Shown here piece by piece: positions 38,533 through 47,387 of a stretch of DNA of 64,000 bases. The notes under the pieces were generated by a model. The model was not told the DNA's origin. It searched no databases and worked only from the letters and a program-made list of their open reading frames with translations. Source of the stretch: a virus; IMG/VR virus record IMGVR_UViG_3300036766_000670, positions 1-64,000 of that record; one strand, written 5' to 3'. Made by a program: the position numbers and the translations under genes. Numbering within the stretch: position 1 is the stretch's first letter; each line of letters opens with the position of its first letter.

Positions 38533-39018
38533 ATGGCATTGTTCAATAATAAATTTGCGTCTATTAGACAAGATTGGAATACGCCAAGACCGTTGTTTGA
38601 CAAATTGAATAAGGAATTTAACTTTGAATGGGATCTGGCGGCAACCAAAGAAAATGCTTTATGCAACAAATTCTATTCTAAAGAAAATGATGGACTGAAA
38701 CAGAAATGGAGTGGAAATTGCTGGTGCAATCCTCCATATGGAGATAGAAATAGTAAAATGGTAGATTGGATTAAGAAATCTTACAATGATACACAATCCA
38801 ATCTCAATTTAACAGTTGTTATGTTAATTCCCAATAGATCTAATACTAATTGGTTTGTTAATTATATTGCTAAATCGCATGAAGTTAGATTTATTACCGG
38901 GAGGCCCAGATTTGGAAATACCATACATGGTTTACCACAACCTCTTTTAATTGTGATTTTTAAGAAATCCGAAACGCCTACAAAATGGTGTTGTTGGAAA
39001 TATGAGGAAAAAATATAA
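38533..39018 (+). CDS. Phage N6-adenine DNA methyltransferase
   Basis: WNTP..LF..L..EF.F..DLAA, WCNPPY, VMLIP.R, EVRFI.GR; TTTACA-17-TAGAAT promoter (38483-38511). Confidence 0.88.
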   Translation: MALFNNKFASIRQDWNTPRPLFDKLNKEFNFEWDLAATKENALCNKFYSKENDGLKQKWSGNCWCNPPYGDRNSKMVDWIKKSYNDTQSNLNLTVVMLIPNRSNTNWFVNYIAKSHEVRFITGRPRFGNTIHGLPQPLLIVIFKKSETPTKWCCWKYEEKI

Positions 39019-39071
39019 ATTTTCTTGGAGTTTTTTGCTTGGAGTAATATATTTATAGAAAGGAGTATATT

Positions 39072-39227
39072 ATGGGGCGAAAATTAAAATACAAAACAAA
39101 TGATGAACAACTTGAAGCACAACGAAGATGGAGACGAGAATGGTATTACCGAAATAAATTCCAAGTCAATAAAGAGCGAATGCGAAAATACTATGTTGAT
39201 AAAAATATGGACAAGAAATTGCCCTGA
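39072..39227 (+). CDS. 51-aa basic protein preceding an endonuclease gene
   Basis: MGRKLKYKTNDEQLEAQRRWRREWYYRNK...; AAGGAG RBS and TATTTATA upstream; not in the ORF track. Confidence 0.6.
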   Translation: MGRKLKYKTNDEQLEAQRRWRREWYYRNKFQVNKERMRKYYVDKNMDKKLP

Positions 39228-39810
39228 ATGTGGAAAAGAAATATTTCATTCTAGAAGAGACCATCGGAATTATTTTCAGAAAATAAATGCTAGATGTAAA
39301 TCTTGTTCTAAAAAGTCAGAAAATAATCCCCAATATGGAAAACTGTTGACTGATGTATGTCGTAAGAAAATAAGTAATAGGTTAAAGGGGAAAGTCCCAC
39401 GAAATATTGAACTTATACTGTGGAGAAATCATCATAAAATTTTTACCAATGACACTCGGTATAAAATGAGACTGTCTCGTATAAAATATTTACAGTCATG
39501 TTTAGGTCAAATTTTTCCAACATATAACAAAGTTGCTTGTAATTATTTTTCTCTACTCGATAAACAGCGGGGATGGAATGGACAGTATGCTACGAACGGT
39601 GGTGAGTATTTTATAAGAGACCTTGGATATTGGGTAGATTATTATGAACCAATGTTAAATATAGTAATTGAATATGATGAACCTAAACATTATAGGAATG
39701 GGAAGTTATTAGAACGGGATATTCGCCGAATGAAAGAAATACAGAATTTTCTAAAATGTGATTTTTATAGATATAAAGAAGAAACGAAAGAATTGAAAAA
39801 ATATGAATGA
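39193..39810 (+). CDS. Homing-type PD-(D/E)XK endonuclease with Zn-finger/NUMOD-like N-terminus
   Basis: RNCPECGK, CKSC, ENNPQYGK...KKIS..LKG, YWVDYY...IVIEYDE..H. Confidence 0.7.
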   Translation: MLIKIWTRNCPECGKEIFHSRRDHRNYFQKINARCKSCSKKSENNPQYGKLLTDVCRKKISNRLKGKVPRNIELILWRNHHKIFTNDTRYKMRLSRIKYLQSCLGQIFPTYNKVACNYFSLLDKQRGWNGQYATNGGEYFIRDLGYWVDYYEPMLNIVIEYDEPKHYRNGKLLERDIRRMKEIQNFLKCDFYRYKEETKELKKYE

Positions 39811-41200
39811 AAATGAAACTAATACCTTTGTAAAATTTGGAAAAATTTTCCAGAATAAATGCCTTGCTGCGTTGATATCTGACCGTGCGTTTTTAGAAAG
39901 AATACTGGATATTTTATCACCAGATTTTTTTGAGACGGACGCTCAACGTTGGCTTGTCAAATTCATTATGGATTATTTCCCGAAATATCGTGAAATACCC
40001 ACAGCAGAAGTATTTGCCATCGAAATTCAAAGATTACCCGATACGGATGGTATAATGAGAGAGGCAATGAAAGAGCAAGTTAAATCAGCATATCGTCAAA
40101 TGGCTGCGGCAGATATTGTATATGTCAAAGAAGAGTTTCTTGAATTCTGCAAGAATCAAAAATTGAAATCGGCGCTTTACGAAGCAACCCGGTTACTTAA
40201 AATAGCCGATTATGCTGGCATTTGGAATATTATCAATGAAGCCAGCAAAGCTGGTATGGAAAGAAACATTGGCCACGAGTATTTGAAAGAAACTGATGGT
40301 CGTTTAAGTGAAGAAGCAAGAGAAGTCATCAAAACGAATTGGGATACTATTGATATTCATCTTGACGGCGGGTTGGGTAAAGGTGAACTTGGATTTGTTG
40401 TAGCACCAGCGGGAAGCGGAAAGACGTGGTTTCTTACTCATATAGGAGCGGAAGCAATGCGTCAGGGCAAAACTGTTCTACATTTTACAATGGAACTTAA
40501 TGAGAAGTATGTTGGACGCAGGTATGATGCATACTTTTCGGGCTATGCTTTTCAGGAAGTTCGGAATCATCCGGATAAAGTCAAAGAGACATTGAAAGAT
40601 ATCACGGGAAAACTGTTCATTAAATACTTCCCGATGAATACCGCCACGGCATTGACTTTGAAGATGCATGTGGAACGTCTCCAACTTATAACAGGAGTCA
40701 AGATTGATCTGGTCATTGTGGATTATGCAGATTTGCTTCGTCCTTCGGTGATTTACAAGCACCCAAGTCTATATGAAGAGGGTGGCAGTATTTATGGCGA
40801 GCTTCGAGGAGTTGCTGGCGAGTTACAACTTCCTGTCTGGTCTGCATCACAGGCGAATCGAGGAGCACACGAAGAGGAATTGGTCAGCGCACTCAATGTT
40901 GCTGATAGTTACAAGAAAATCATGATTGGTGATTTCATTATGTCTCTGGGACGAACGACTGAACATAAACTTGCTGGAACCGGAACTGTTGCTATAATTA
41001 AAAGTCGATTTGGTTCTGATGGTCCGGTATATGCTTGTTCGTTCGATGCTTCTATGGGAGCCATTAAAATTTACGATACGAAGTCGGTAGAAGGAATGGA
41101 AATTTTAAATAGGACGAAGAGTGCCCAAGAAAGCATTAAAGATATTCTTCGTAAACGTTGGAAAGAAACGCATGATAATAACAACGGTACGTCGGACTAA
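39803..41200 (+). CDS. DnaB-like replicative helicase (T4 gp41-like)
   Basis: GGLGKGEL..VVAPAGSGKT, TMEL, IVDYADLL, WSASQANR, KSRFG. Confidence 0.93.
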   Translation: MNENETNTFVKFGKIFQNKCLAALISDRAFLERILDILSPDFFETDAQRWLVKFIMDYFPKYREIPTAEVFAIEIQRLPDTDGIMREAMKEQVKSAYRQMAAADIVYVKEEFLEFCKNQKLKSALYEATRLLKIADYAGIWNIINEASKAGMERNIGHEYLKETDGRLSEEAREVIKTNWDTIDIHLDGGLGKGELGFVVAPAGSGKTWFLTHIGAEAMRQGKTVLHFTMELNEKYVGRRYDAYFSGYAFQEVRNHPDKVKETLKDITGKLFIKYFPMNTATALTLKMHVERLQLITGVKIDLVIVDYADLLRPSVIYKHPSLYEEGGSIYGELRGVAGELQLPVWSASQANRGAHEEELVSALNVADSYKKIMIGDFIMSLGRTTEHKLAGTGTVAIIKSRFGSDGPVYACSFDASMGAIKIYDTKSVEGMEILNRTKSAQESIKDILRKRWKETHDNNNGTSD

Positions 41201-41314
41201 ATATCATTCCAAATTTTCATAATGCAATTGGAAAGAAAATATTTTGGTTGCGTTACGAATTAGAAATATCTACTTATACTTTGCTAACCAAAAAAGAATT
41301 TCAATAGAGTCAAT

Positions 41315-43939
41315 ATGGATACACCTATTATTAAGTTTGAAGATGTAAAAAAGTTATCTACAGAAGAATATTTTCAGAATAATCAATTTAGTATAGATGC
41401 ATTCAAAGAGAAATATGCTCTAGTGCCGGACGAGACATACGTATATGCGGTAAAACGTGTTTGTGATTTCGTTGCTTCGGTTGAAAGGACAGAAGAATTA
41501 AGACAGTGTTGGAGTGCCCGTTGGTTTGATGAGATTTACAAAGATTGGTGGCACCCCGCCGGTTCTATTATGCAAGGTGCGGGGTCGGGAAGAAAGATTT
41601 CGCTTGCTAACTGCACAACTATATCTCTTGGAGTAAAACGAGACGATGAAGAATGGGATAGTCTCGAAGCAATCATTAAAAATGCCGCTTACACGATTGC
41701 AAAATGTGCTGCCTATCGTCAAGGCTTAGGCATAGATTTCTCTTGTCTCAGGCCAAATGGTACAAAAGTATTAAACTCTGCGAATCAATCTACAGGAGCC
41801 GTACACTGGATGGAGTTTGAGGATAAGATCGGTTATTTTGTAGGGCAAAAGGGGCGGATTCCCGCTATGTTATTTAGTATTTCCTGTGATCACCCCGATG
41901 TCGAGGAATTTATTCAAATCAAAAGTGATTATACTAAGATTCAAAATGCTAATATCAGCGTACAATGTACTGAAAAGTTCTATAAAGCAGTAGATAATGA
42001 TGAAGATTGGGAATTGAAATTTGAAATTCCTGCTGTAAAACGTGGAGATAAAGTGTATATTGATGTTCATAGTATTGATATGAATAGTACTCGTGAAAAG
42101 GACACTGGCCGCTTTTATAAAATCGTCACACATGATCGCAAGCGTGAGGTATTCACAAAAACAGTTAAAGCTCGCAAATTGATGGAGCTAATTGCCAAAA
42201 ATATGCACGCTAATGCAGAACCTGGTATTCAAAATATTGACATTGCTCGAAAATACAGCAATAGTGATGCTCTCTACGATCCCACCAACGAATATGATTC
42301 TCGTATTCTATCTACAAATGCCTGTTCAGAACAATATCTATCCCGAGAATCTTTGTGTGTTTTAGCATCAATTAACTGTGGGAAATTTTCCACAAAACGA
42401 GAGATTTACATGGGGCAATTGGAAAAGATTTCCAAATCAATCAACCGATTTTTAGATAATGTTAATGAATGTGAATTAGTTCACCAAACTTATGCCACTC
42501 CCCATCAAGAATTGGCAATTCGCAAACTTCGTCGAAACGGCTCTGGCATAACTAATATCGCCGCATGGTTATTCAAACGAGGAGTCATTTATGGAACCGA
42601 AGAAGGCAATAATGCTGTTGAAGAATTCATGAAATGGTATAACTATTGGTTGTACGTTTCAACAGAGGAACTCGGAAAAGAAAAGGGAAATTTTGGGTTA
42701 TTTAACAAAGATAAGTGGCAAAATGCTCCTTTCATTGTTCGGATGATGAAAGAATCGGAGAAACTCAACGCCGAGTTTAAGACGCCTCTTATCAAAGGAA
42801 CTCATGCTCGCAATGTTACAGTAAGTTCTATTGCTCCTACGGGCACCCTGTCTCTAATGTTCCGTGACTTTGTACTAAGTTATGGAATAGAACCTGCCTT
42901 TTTTATGTATTTCTGGAAAAGGACTCGTATGAATGGAAATTACGAGTACTATTTCTGTGTTCCACGAGTAGTACGTGATATGTTTGTAGAGGCGGGGTGC
43001 TCTATACCTATGGAATCTGATTGTATCAAGGATGATTGGAATGGTTCCAAGGGAAAGGCGATTGCGGCATTTGTTGAAGAACATAGACATAAGTTCAAGT
43101 TCAAGGAATCTATTGAAATTGATCCTATGAATAAACTTGAACTTATGTCTCGGGTGATGAAATGGGTAGATAGTTCGATTTCGGTTACTTATATGCTTCC
43201 TATTGGTTCTACATGGAAAGATGTTTATAACTTCATTCTCGAAGCTCATAAAAAAGAAGTCAAAAGTATTGCCGCTTTTCCTGACAAAAAAATGTATGGT
43301 ATTGTGTCAAGTTTTCCATTTAGAGATTTGGCATTTAAACTCAAAGATGAGGGGGTTATCATGCACCATCAAAATTTTTCAGATGAAGAATTGAAAGAGT
43401 TGAATCTTTCTCGTGAGACTATTCAATCAGGAGCTATGACTCGCCCAAAGCGTCTCCAGACATTAGATGCCGATATTTATATGGTAAGTGTTAAGGGAGG
43501 AAAATATTGTGTGGTGGTAGGACTCCAGAATGATCAACCTTATGAAATTTTTGGCGGGCATCTTAACGGTCTGGGGTTGAAATCAAACTATAAAAAAGGA
43601 AAAATTACTAAAGTTAAGCGAGGTCAATACGCCCTTGAGTTTGACGATATTTTCATTGAGGATTTTTCGAAACAATTCACTCCTACAGAACAAATATTAT
43701 TTAGGATGGCATCACTTCAAATGAGACATGGTATTCCTATTCGTTTCATTGTTGAACAATTACAAAAAGCGACCGATGATATGACAAGTATGGCATCTGC
43801 CGCAGCAAGGGTTCTCAAGAAGTATATTGAAGATGGAGAAACAGTAAGTGGTCAAAAGTGTCCATCATGTAATTCAGATGAATTAACTTATATAGATGGA
43901 TGTGTTTCTTGCTCCTGTGGATGGTCAAAATGCAATTAG
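41315..43939 (+). CDS. nrdJ: Ribonucleotide reductase, probably class II (B12-dependent), with C-terminal TSCPD/Zn-ribbon region
   Basis: SLANC, HPDVEEFI.IK, NANISV, AEPGI, TNACSEQ, CVLASIN, IAPTGTLS, GIEP, terminal CPSC...GCVSC.CGWSKC. No ATP cone, and no beta subunit nearby. Confidence 0.85.
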   Translation: MDTPIIKFEDVKKLSTEEYFQNNQFSIDAFKEKYALVPDETYVYAVKRVCDFVASVERTEELRQCWSARWFDEIYKDWWHPAGSIMQGAGSGRKISLANCTTISLGVKRDDEEWDSLEAIIKNAAYTIAKCAAYRQGLGIDFSCLRPNGTKVLNSANQSTGAVHWMEFEDKIGYFVGQKGRIPAMLFSISCDHPDVEEFIQIKSDYTKIQNANISVQCTEKFYKAVDNDEDWELKFEIPAVKRGDKVYIDVHSIDMNSTREKDTGRFYKIVTHDRKREVFTKTVKARKLMELIAKNMHANAEPGIQNIDIARKYSNSDALYDPTNEYDSRILSTNACSEQYLSRESLCVLASINCGKFSTKREIYMGQLEKISKSINRFLDNVNECELVHQTYATPHQELAIRKLRRNGSGITNIAAWLFKRGVIYGTEEGNNAVEEFMKWYNYWLYVSTEELGKEKGNFGLFNKDKWQNAPFIVRMMKESEKLNAEFKTPLIKGTHARNVTVSSIAPTGTLSLMFRDFVLSYGIEPAFFMYFWKRTRMNGNYEYYFCVPRVVRDMFVEAGCSIPMESDCIKDDWNGSKGKAIAAFVEEHRHKFKFKESIEIDPMNKLELMSRVMKWVDSSISVTYMLPIGSTWKDVYNFILEAHKKEVKSIAAFPDKKMYGIVSSFPFRDLAFKLKDEGVIMHHQNFSDEELKELNLSRETIQSGAMTRPKRLQTLDADIYMVSVKGGKYCVVVGLQNDQPYEIFGGHLNGLGLKSNYKKGKITKVKRGQYALEFDDIFIEDFSKQFTPTEQILFRMASLQMRHGIPIRFIVEQLQKATDDMTSMASAAARVLKKYIEDGETVSGQKCPSCNSDELTYIDGCVSCSCGWSKCN

Positions 43940-43975
43940 ATCGGGGTTTGGAAATAAATAACTATATTTATAGGC

Positions 43976-44230
43976 ATGATTAAATCTCTGCTTCTATTTC
44001 ACATCGACAAACCTATATTTGGCAACGGAACGTTTTTTGGATCTTATGGTGTAATAGCCGCCAGTTGGTTTCATTTGATTCCGTCTTTTTTCGGCATCGT
44101 AGGAGCAATAACTGGGGGAATAACGGGTATTATAATTCTCACCGCTCAAATTTACAATAATGGGGGATTCAGGGGGGTATGGTATAAAATAAAACATTTG
44201 TGGGAAGGAGATAGTCCCAAATCGTTGTAA
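43976..44230 (+). CDS. Small membrane protein, holin-like
   Basis: Hydrophobic 84-aa ORF; TATTTATA upstream. Confidence 0.4.
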   Translation: MIKSLLLFHIDKPIFGNGTFFGSYGVIAASWFHLIPSFFGIVGAITGGITGIIILTAQIYNNGGFRGVWYKIKHLWEGDSPKSL

Positions 44231-44311
44231 AATGTGAAGAAAATTTCATTTGACAAAATAGAGCGGCTTTTCTAGGCGGGGAGATATATTTATAAGAGGC
44301 GATCTATTCAT

Positions 44312-45046
44312 ATGAAACCAGAGACATTTAGACAACTTATCCGAAGAGTCCTCAACGAGGAAGTTGAAAAAACCAGCGTTACCGGCAAGACTACATTTAA
44401 CCGTGTGCCAGAAATTGTACATGGTGAGGATTACAAAGAGATCATGCCTAATAAGCGTGCTGATATGAGCAAGGATAATTTACTCGCTGATATGGACAAA
44501 GTAGTTAAGGCAATTGATCCCGAGTACATAGTTGTATGGGACGATCACGATGATATTTCAATTTCTGCAAGAGATTTATTCCGTATTCGAATCATTCCTA
44601 AATGGGAAGGTAATTTTTGCATTGAAGCAATGACACGCAATGAAGATCGCATTTATATCACTGGCCAGACATGGGAACAAGTTAAACAGTTTGTAAAAGT
44701 TAATCTAAAAGACTCTAAAACCAAGGTTGATGTGGCTTATGATAAATCAAAGAAGAATGTAACGGCTGATGAAACTTCGGCTCCAGACAAAGGGATGCCT
44801 CAGAAGGATAAGCCAAATATTTTGCCACTTACTAATGAACCTCCGAAAGAAACCAAAAACAAAGAGAGAGATTACACCGAAAAACAAGTTAAGAAGGAGA
44901 AAGATTTACCAGAAAAACCAATGAAAGAGGTTGAAGATTTCGAGAGACAAAAAGAACATAGAGTAATGAGTCCGCTTAAAATTCGTAGAGAAAGAACCAA
45001 ATATCCGGTCAAAAAGCCGAATACTACTTTAACAGTTAAGTTGTAA
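44312..45046 (+). CDS. Hypothetical, putative head-internal protein
   Basis: Leader FRQLIRRVLNEE; TATTTATA upstream. Confidence 0.55.
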   Translation: MKPETFRQLIRRVLNEEVEKTSVTGKTTFNRVPEIVHGEDYKEIMPNKRADMSKDNLLADMDKVVKAIDPEYIVVWDDHDDISISARDLFRIRIIPKWEGNFCIEAMTRNEDRIYITGQTWEQVKQFVKVNLKDSKTKVDVAYDKSKKNVTADETSAPDKGMPQKDKPNILPLTNEPPKETKNKERDYTEKQVKKEKDLPEKPMKEVEDFERQKEHRVMSPLKIRRERTKYPVKKPNTTLTVKL

Positions 45047-45072
45047 TTTGTTTGTTCGATGATTAGGGGAAG

Positions 45073-45101
45073 GGAGGGAGCAAGTCGCTTGCTCCCTTCT
45101 T
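45073..45101 (+). terminator. Hairpin/terminator
   Basis: AGGGAGCAAG-tcg-CTTGCTCCCT followed by a pyrimidine tract. Confidence 0.6.
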
Positions 45102-45130
45102 CATGTACCGAGATAAAACACCCTTTTTTC

Positions 45131-45158
45131 TTGACATCTAACCGGAATATGATATACT
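45131..45158 (+). promoter_or_regulatory. Sigma70-like promoter, likely giving a leaderless mRNA
   Basis: TTGACA-16-TATACT with extended TG; ATG 7 nt downstream. Confidence 0.7.
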
Positions 45159-45165
45159 ACCATCA

Positions 45166-46098
45166 ATGAATGAGGTAGAAATTGAGGATGTTCTGCGTAC
45201 TTGTGTTGCGCTTAAACCCAAGGAATTAATAATCAGTGACTTAAAATGGAAGTACCTTGTACGTGCAGTTTTGCGTGCAAAAAATATTATGATTATCGGC
45301 CCCTCTGGATGCGCTAAAACAATGGCGGCAAGGTGTGTTGCTACGGCTTTAAAGCGTCCGTTTGAAAAATTCAATATTGGAAGCACTCAGGATGCTCGTG
45401 CAACTCTTATTGGAAATACCACCTACAAAAAAGAAACGGGTACTATATTTCACAAGTCGGCTTTTGTTAAGGCAATAAGCACTCCTAAAACAGTCGTTCT
45501 TTTAGATGAATTCACCCGTGGCACTCACGATGCCTGGAATATTTTAATGACCGTGACAGATCCTACTCAACGATGCTTGCGGTTAGATGAGGATGAGGAA
45601 AGTTCTGTTATCAATGTGGCCGAAGATGTTAGTTTTATTGCCACAGCGAATATTGGAAATGAATATACAGCCACCAAAGTTCTTGACAAAGCAAGTGCAA
45701 GACGTTTTCCCATAAAACTGGAAATGTCTCCTCTCAAGGGGAAAGAATTGAGGCATTTATTTAGCATTTTGTTTCCAAAACGAACTGTTGCCCAAGAAGA
45801 ATTGATGAAAACTCTCACGAAGATTTCTGATGATTTGATTGCCCAATGTAAAATCGAGGATGCCTCAATTTCTACTTTTATTGCTCCCGCAAATATGGTA
45901 GAGATGGGAGAATTAGTTATGGATGGATTTGGCCTTGAAGAAATTGCCGAAGCTGCTATTTATCCGGAATACCCCGATGATGGTGGGGCCGATTCTGAAC
46001 GGACATTTACTAAAAGTGTGCTTCAAAAGTACTTCCCAAGTGACGCCAAGAGTCCAATCAACGATCCTCTGGCGGGGAAGCGAGTCGAAGAGTTCTAA
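45166..46098 (+). CDS. MoxR/CbbQ/CobS-like AAA+ ATPase
   Basis: GPSGCAKT, VVLLDEFTR, FIATANIG, LDKA..RRF. Confidence 0.9.
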   Translation: MNEVEIEDVLRTCVALKPKELIISDLKWKYLVRAVLRAKNIMIIGPSGCAKTMAARCVATALKRPFEKFNIGSTQDARATLIGNTTYKKETGTIFHKSAFVKAISTPKTVVLLDEFTRGTHDAWNILMTVTDPTQRCLRLDEDEESSVINVAEDVSFIATANIGNEYTATKVLDKASARRFPIKLEMSPLKGKELRHLFSILFPKRTVAQEELMKTLTKISDDLIAQCKIEDASISTFIAPANMVEMGELVMDGFGLEEIAEAAIYPEYPDDGGADSERTFTKSVLQKYFPSDAKSPINDPLAGKRVEEF

Positions 46099-46412
46099 TG
46101 AAAAAAGTTATAGTAAAATGTTTGGGTAAAACGGATGAGTTTAAAATTGATCCGAAGGTTTTCGATGACATTTATTATGAAGCTGCTATTCGCTTTCTTA
46201 AAAAAGGAAAGGATCAAGCGTCATTTAGAGTTTCTGCTGTAATAGAGTGTTTTGATAAAAATTTTTTGAAAATTGACAGAAAACATTTTTATTATAACAC
46301 ATATCACGTACTAATTGGTGCTGGAATGTGTGGAAAAGCTGAAATGCTTCGTAGTAAATTTCTCAAGGAATTTGGAATCGATCTTCAAAAAGAAAAATTG
46401 AGAGATAAATAA
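46098..46412 (+). CDS. Hypothetical protein
   Basis: TAATG-coupled 104-aa ORF. Confidence 0.6.
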   Translation: MKKVIVKCLGKTDEFKIDPKVFDDIYYEAAIRFLKKGKDQASFRVSAVIECFDKNFLKIDRKHFYYNTYHVLIGAGMCGKAEMLRSKFLKEFGIDLQKEKLRDK

Positions 46413-47083
46413 TGTTTTCATACTACGGAAGGAAGTCTAAGGTTGTTAGGTATTATCCCAGTTCGTTGTATAATACTATAATAGAACCATTTGCTGGCAC
46501 CGCTGTTTATAGTTTATTTCGTGACAACTGGAAGAAAAATGTAGTATTGATTGACAAATATAATGTGGTAGTAAGAATATGGAAATATCTACAATCTGCT
46601 ACACCCGATGATATTCTAAAACTTCCAGATGTTAATAATGGGGAAGAACTTGTAAAAGTAAACGGCTTTAGCCAACTATTACAGGAAGAGAAGTGGTTAA
46701 TAGGATTTTCGGTTAATAACGGAAGTGGAATGCCGAAAAATGTTGCGGGCAGAATGAATTTCAATTCATGGTTTCGGGATAAAAAAAGAATTGCCAGAGA
46801 TTTGTATAAGATAAAACATTGGCAAATAAAATGTGATGATTATACGAATGTGGAAAATGTAATAGCAACCTGGTTTATAGATCCGCCATATCAGTTTGGT
46901 GGGGAATATTATAAGCATAGAGATATTGATTATAACACTTTATCAGAATGGTGTAAATCAAGAAAAGGACAAGTAATAGTTTGTGAAAATTCCAAGGCAA
47001 ATTGGTTGCCGTTTGTTCCACTAAAAAAGATGAGTGGACAGTTGCATATAACGACCGAAGCAATGTACTATCAGGAAACTTAA
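46412..47083 (+). CDS. DNA adenine methyltransferase (D12/alpha class-like)
   Basis: FSYYGRKS, IEPFAG, FIDPPY. Confidence 0.85.
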   Translation: MFSYYGRKSKVVRYYPSSLYNTIIEPFAGTAVYSLFRDNWKKNVVLIDKYNVVVRIWKYLQSATPDDILKLPDVNNGEELVKVNGFSQLLQEEKWLIGFSVNNGSGMPKNVAGRMNFNSWFRDKKRIARDLYKIKHWQIKCDDYTNVENVIATWFIDPPYQFGGEYYKHRDIDYNTLSEWCKSRKGQVIVCENSKANWLPFVPLKKMSGQLHITTEAMYYQET

Positions 47084-47084
47084 A

Positions 47085-47387
47085 ATGTATAGAAGTAGAA
47101 GAGTGGAAAATTTTCCTCATAATTCCTTTTATATGGAAATAGAAGAGGGTGTTAGGCAATGGGTATATTTATTGAGAAATGTGGGAATAAATACTGAGTG
47201 TTCCTGTCATCACAAAGGTTATATTCAATGTCAAACATTAGATCCAACAACCGAAATTTTTAGAATAAAAAGTGTACTTTTGGAAAATGGAATAGAAGAT
47301 TTTGATATATCTATTATTCATAAAGGAACTAAGTGTAGTTCTTTGGAAATTCATTCTCCATCTTTTGTGAAAAATTGTAATGTATAG
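47085..47387 (+). CDS. Hypothetical protein
   Basis: IEEGVRQWVYLLRNVGINTECSCHH. Confidence 0.55.
   Translation: MYRSRRVENFPHNSFYMEIEEGVRQWVYLLRNVGINTECSCHHKGYIQCQTLDPTTEIFRIKSVLLENGIEDFDISIIHKGTKCSSLEIHSPSFVKNCNV

Noticed and set aside
39803-43939. Inteins or introns in helicase or RNR
   Set aside because: Motif spacing and lengths are normal, and no intein splice-junction or LAGLIDADG motifs were seen.
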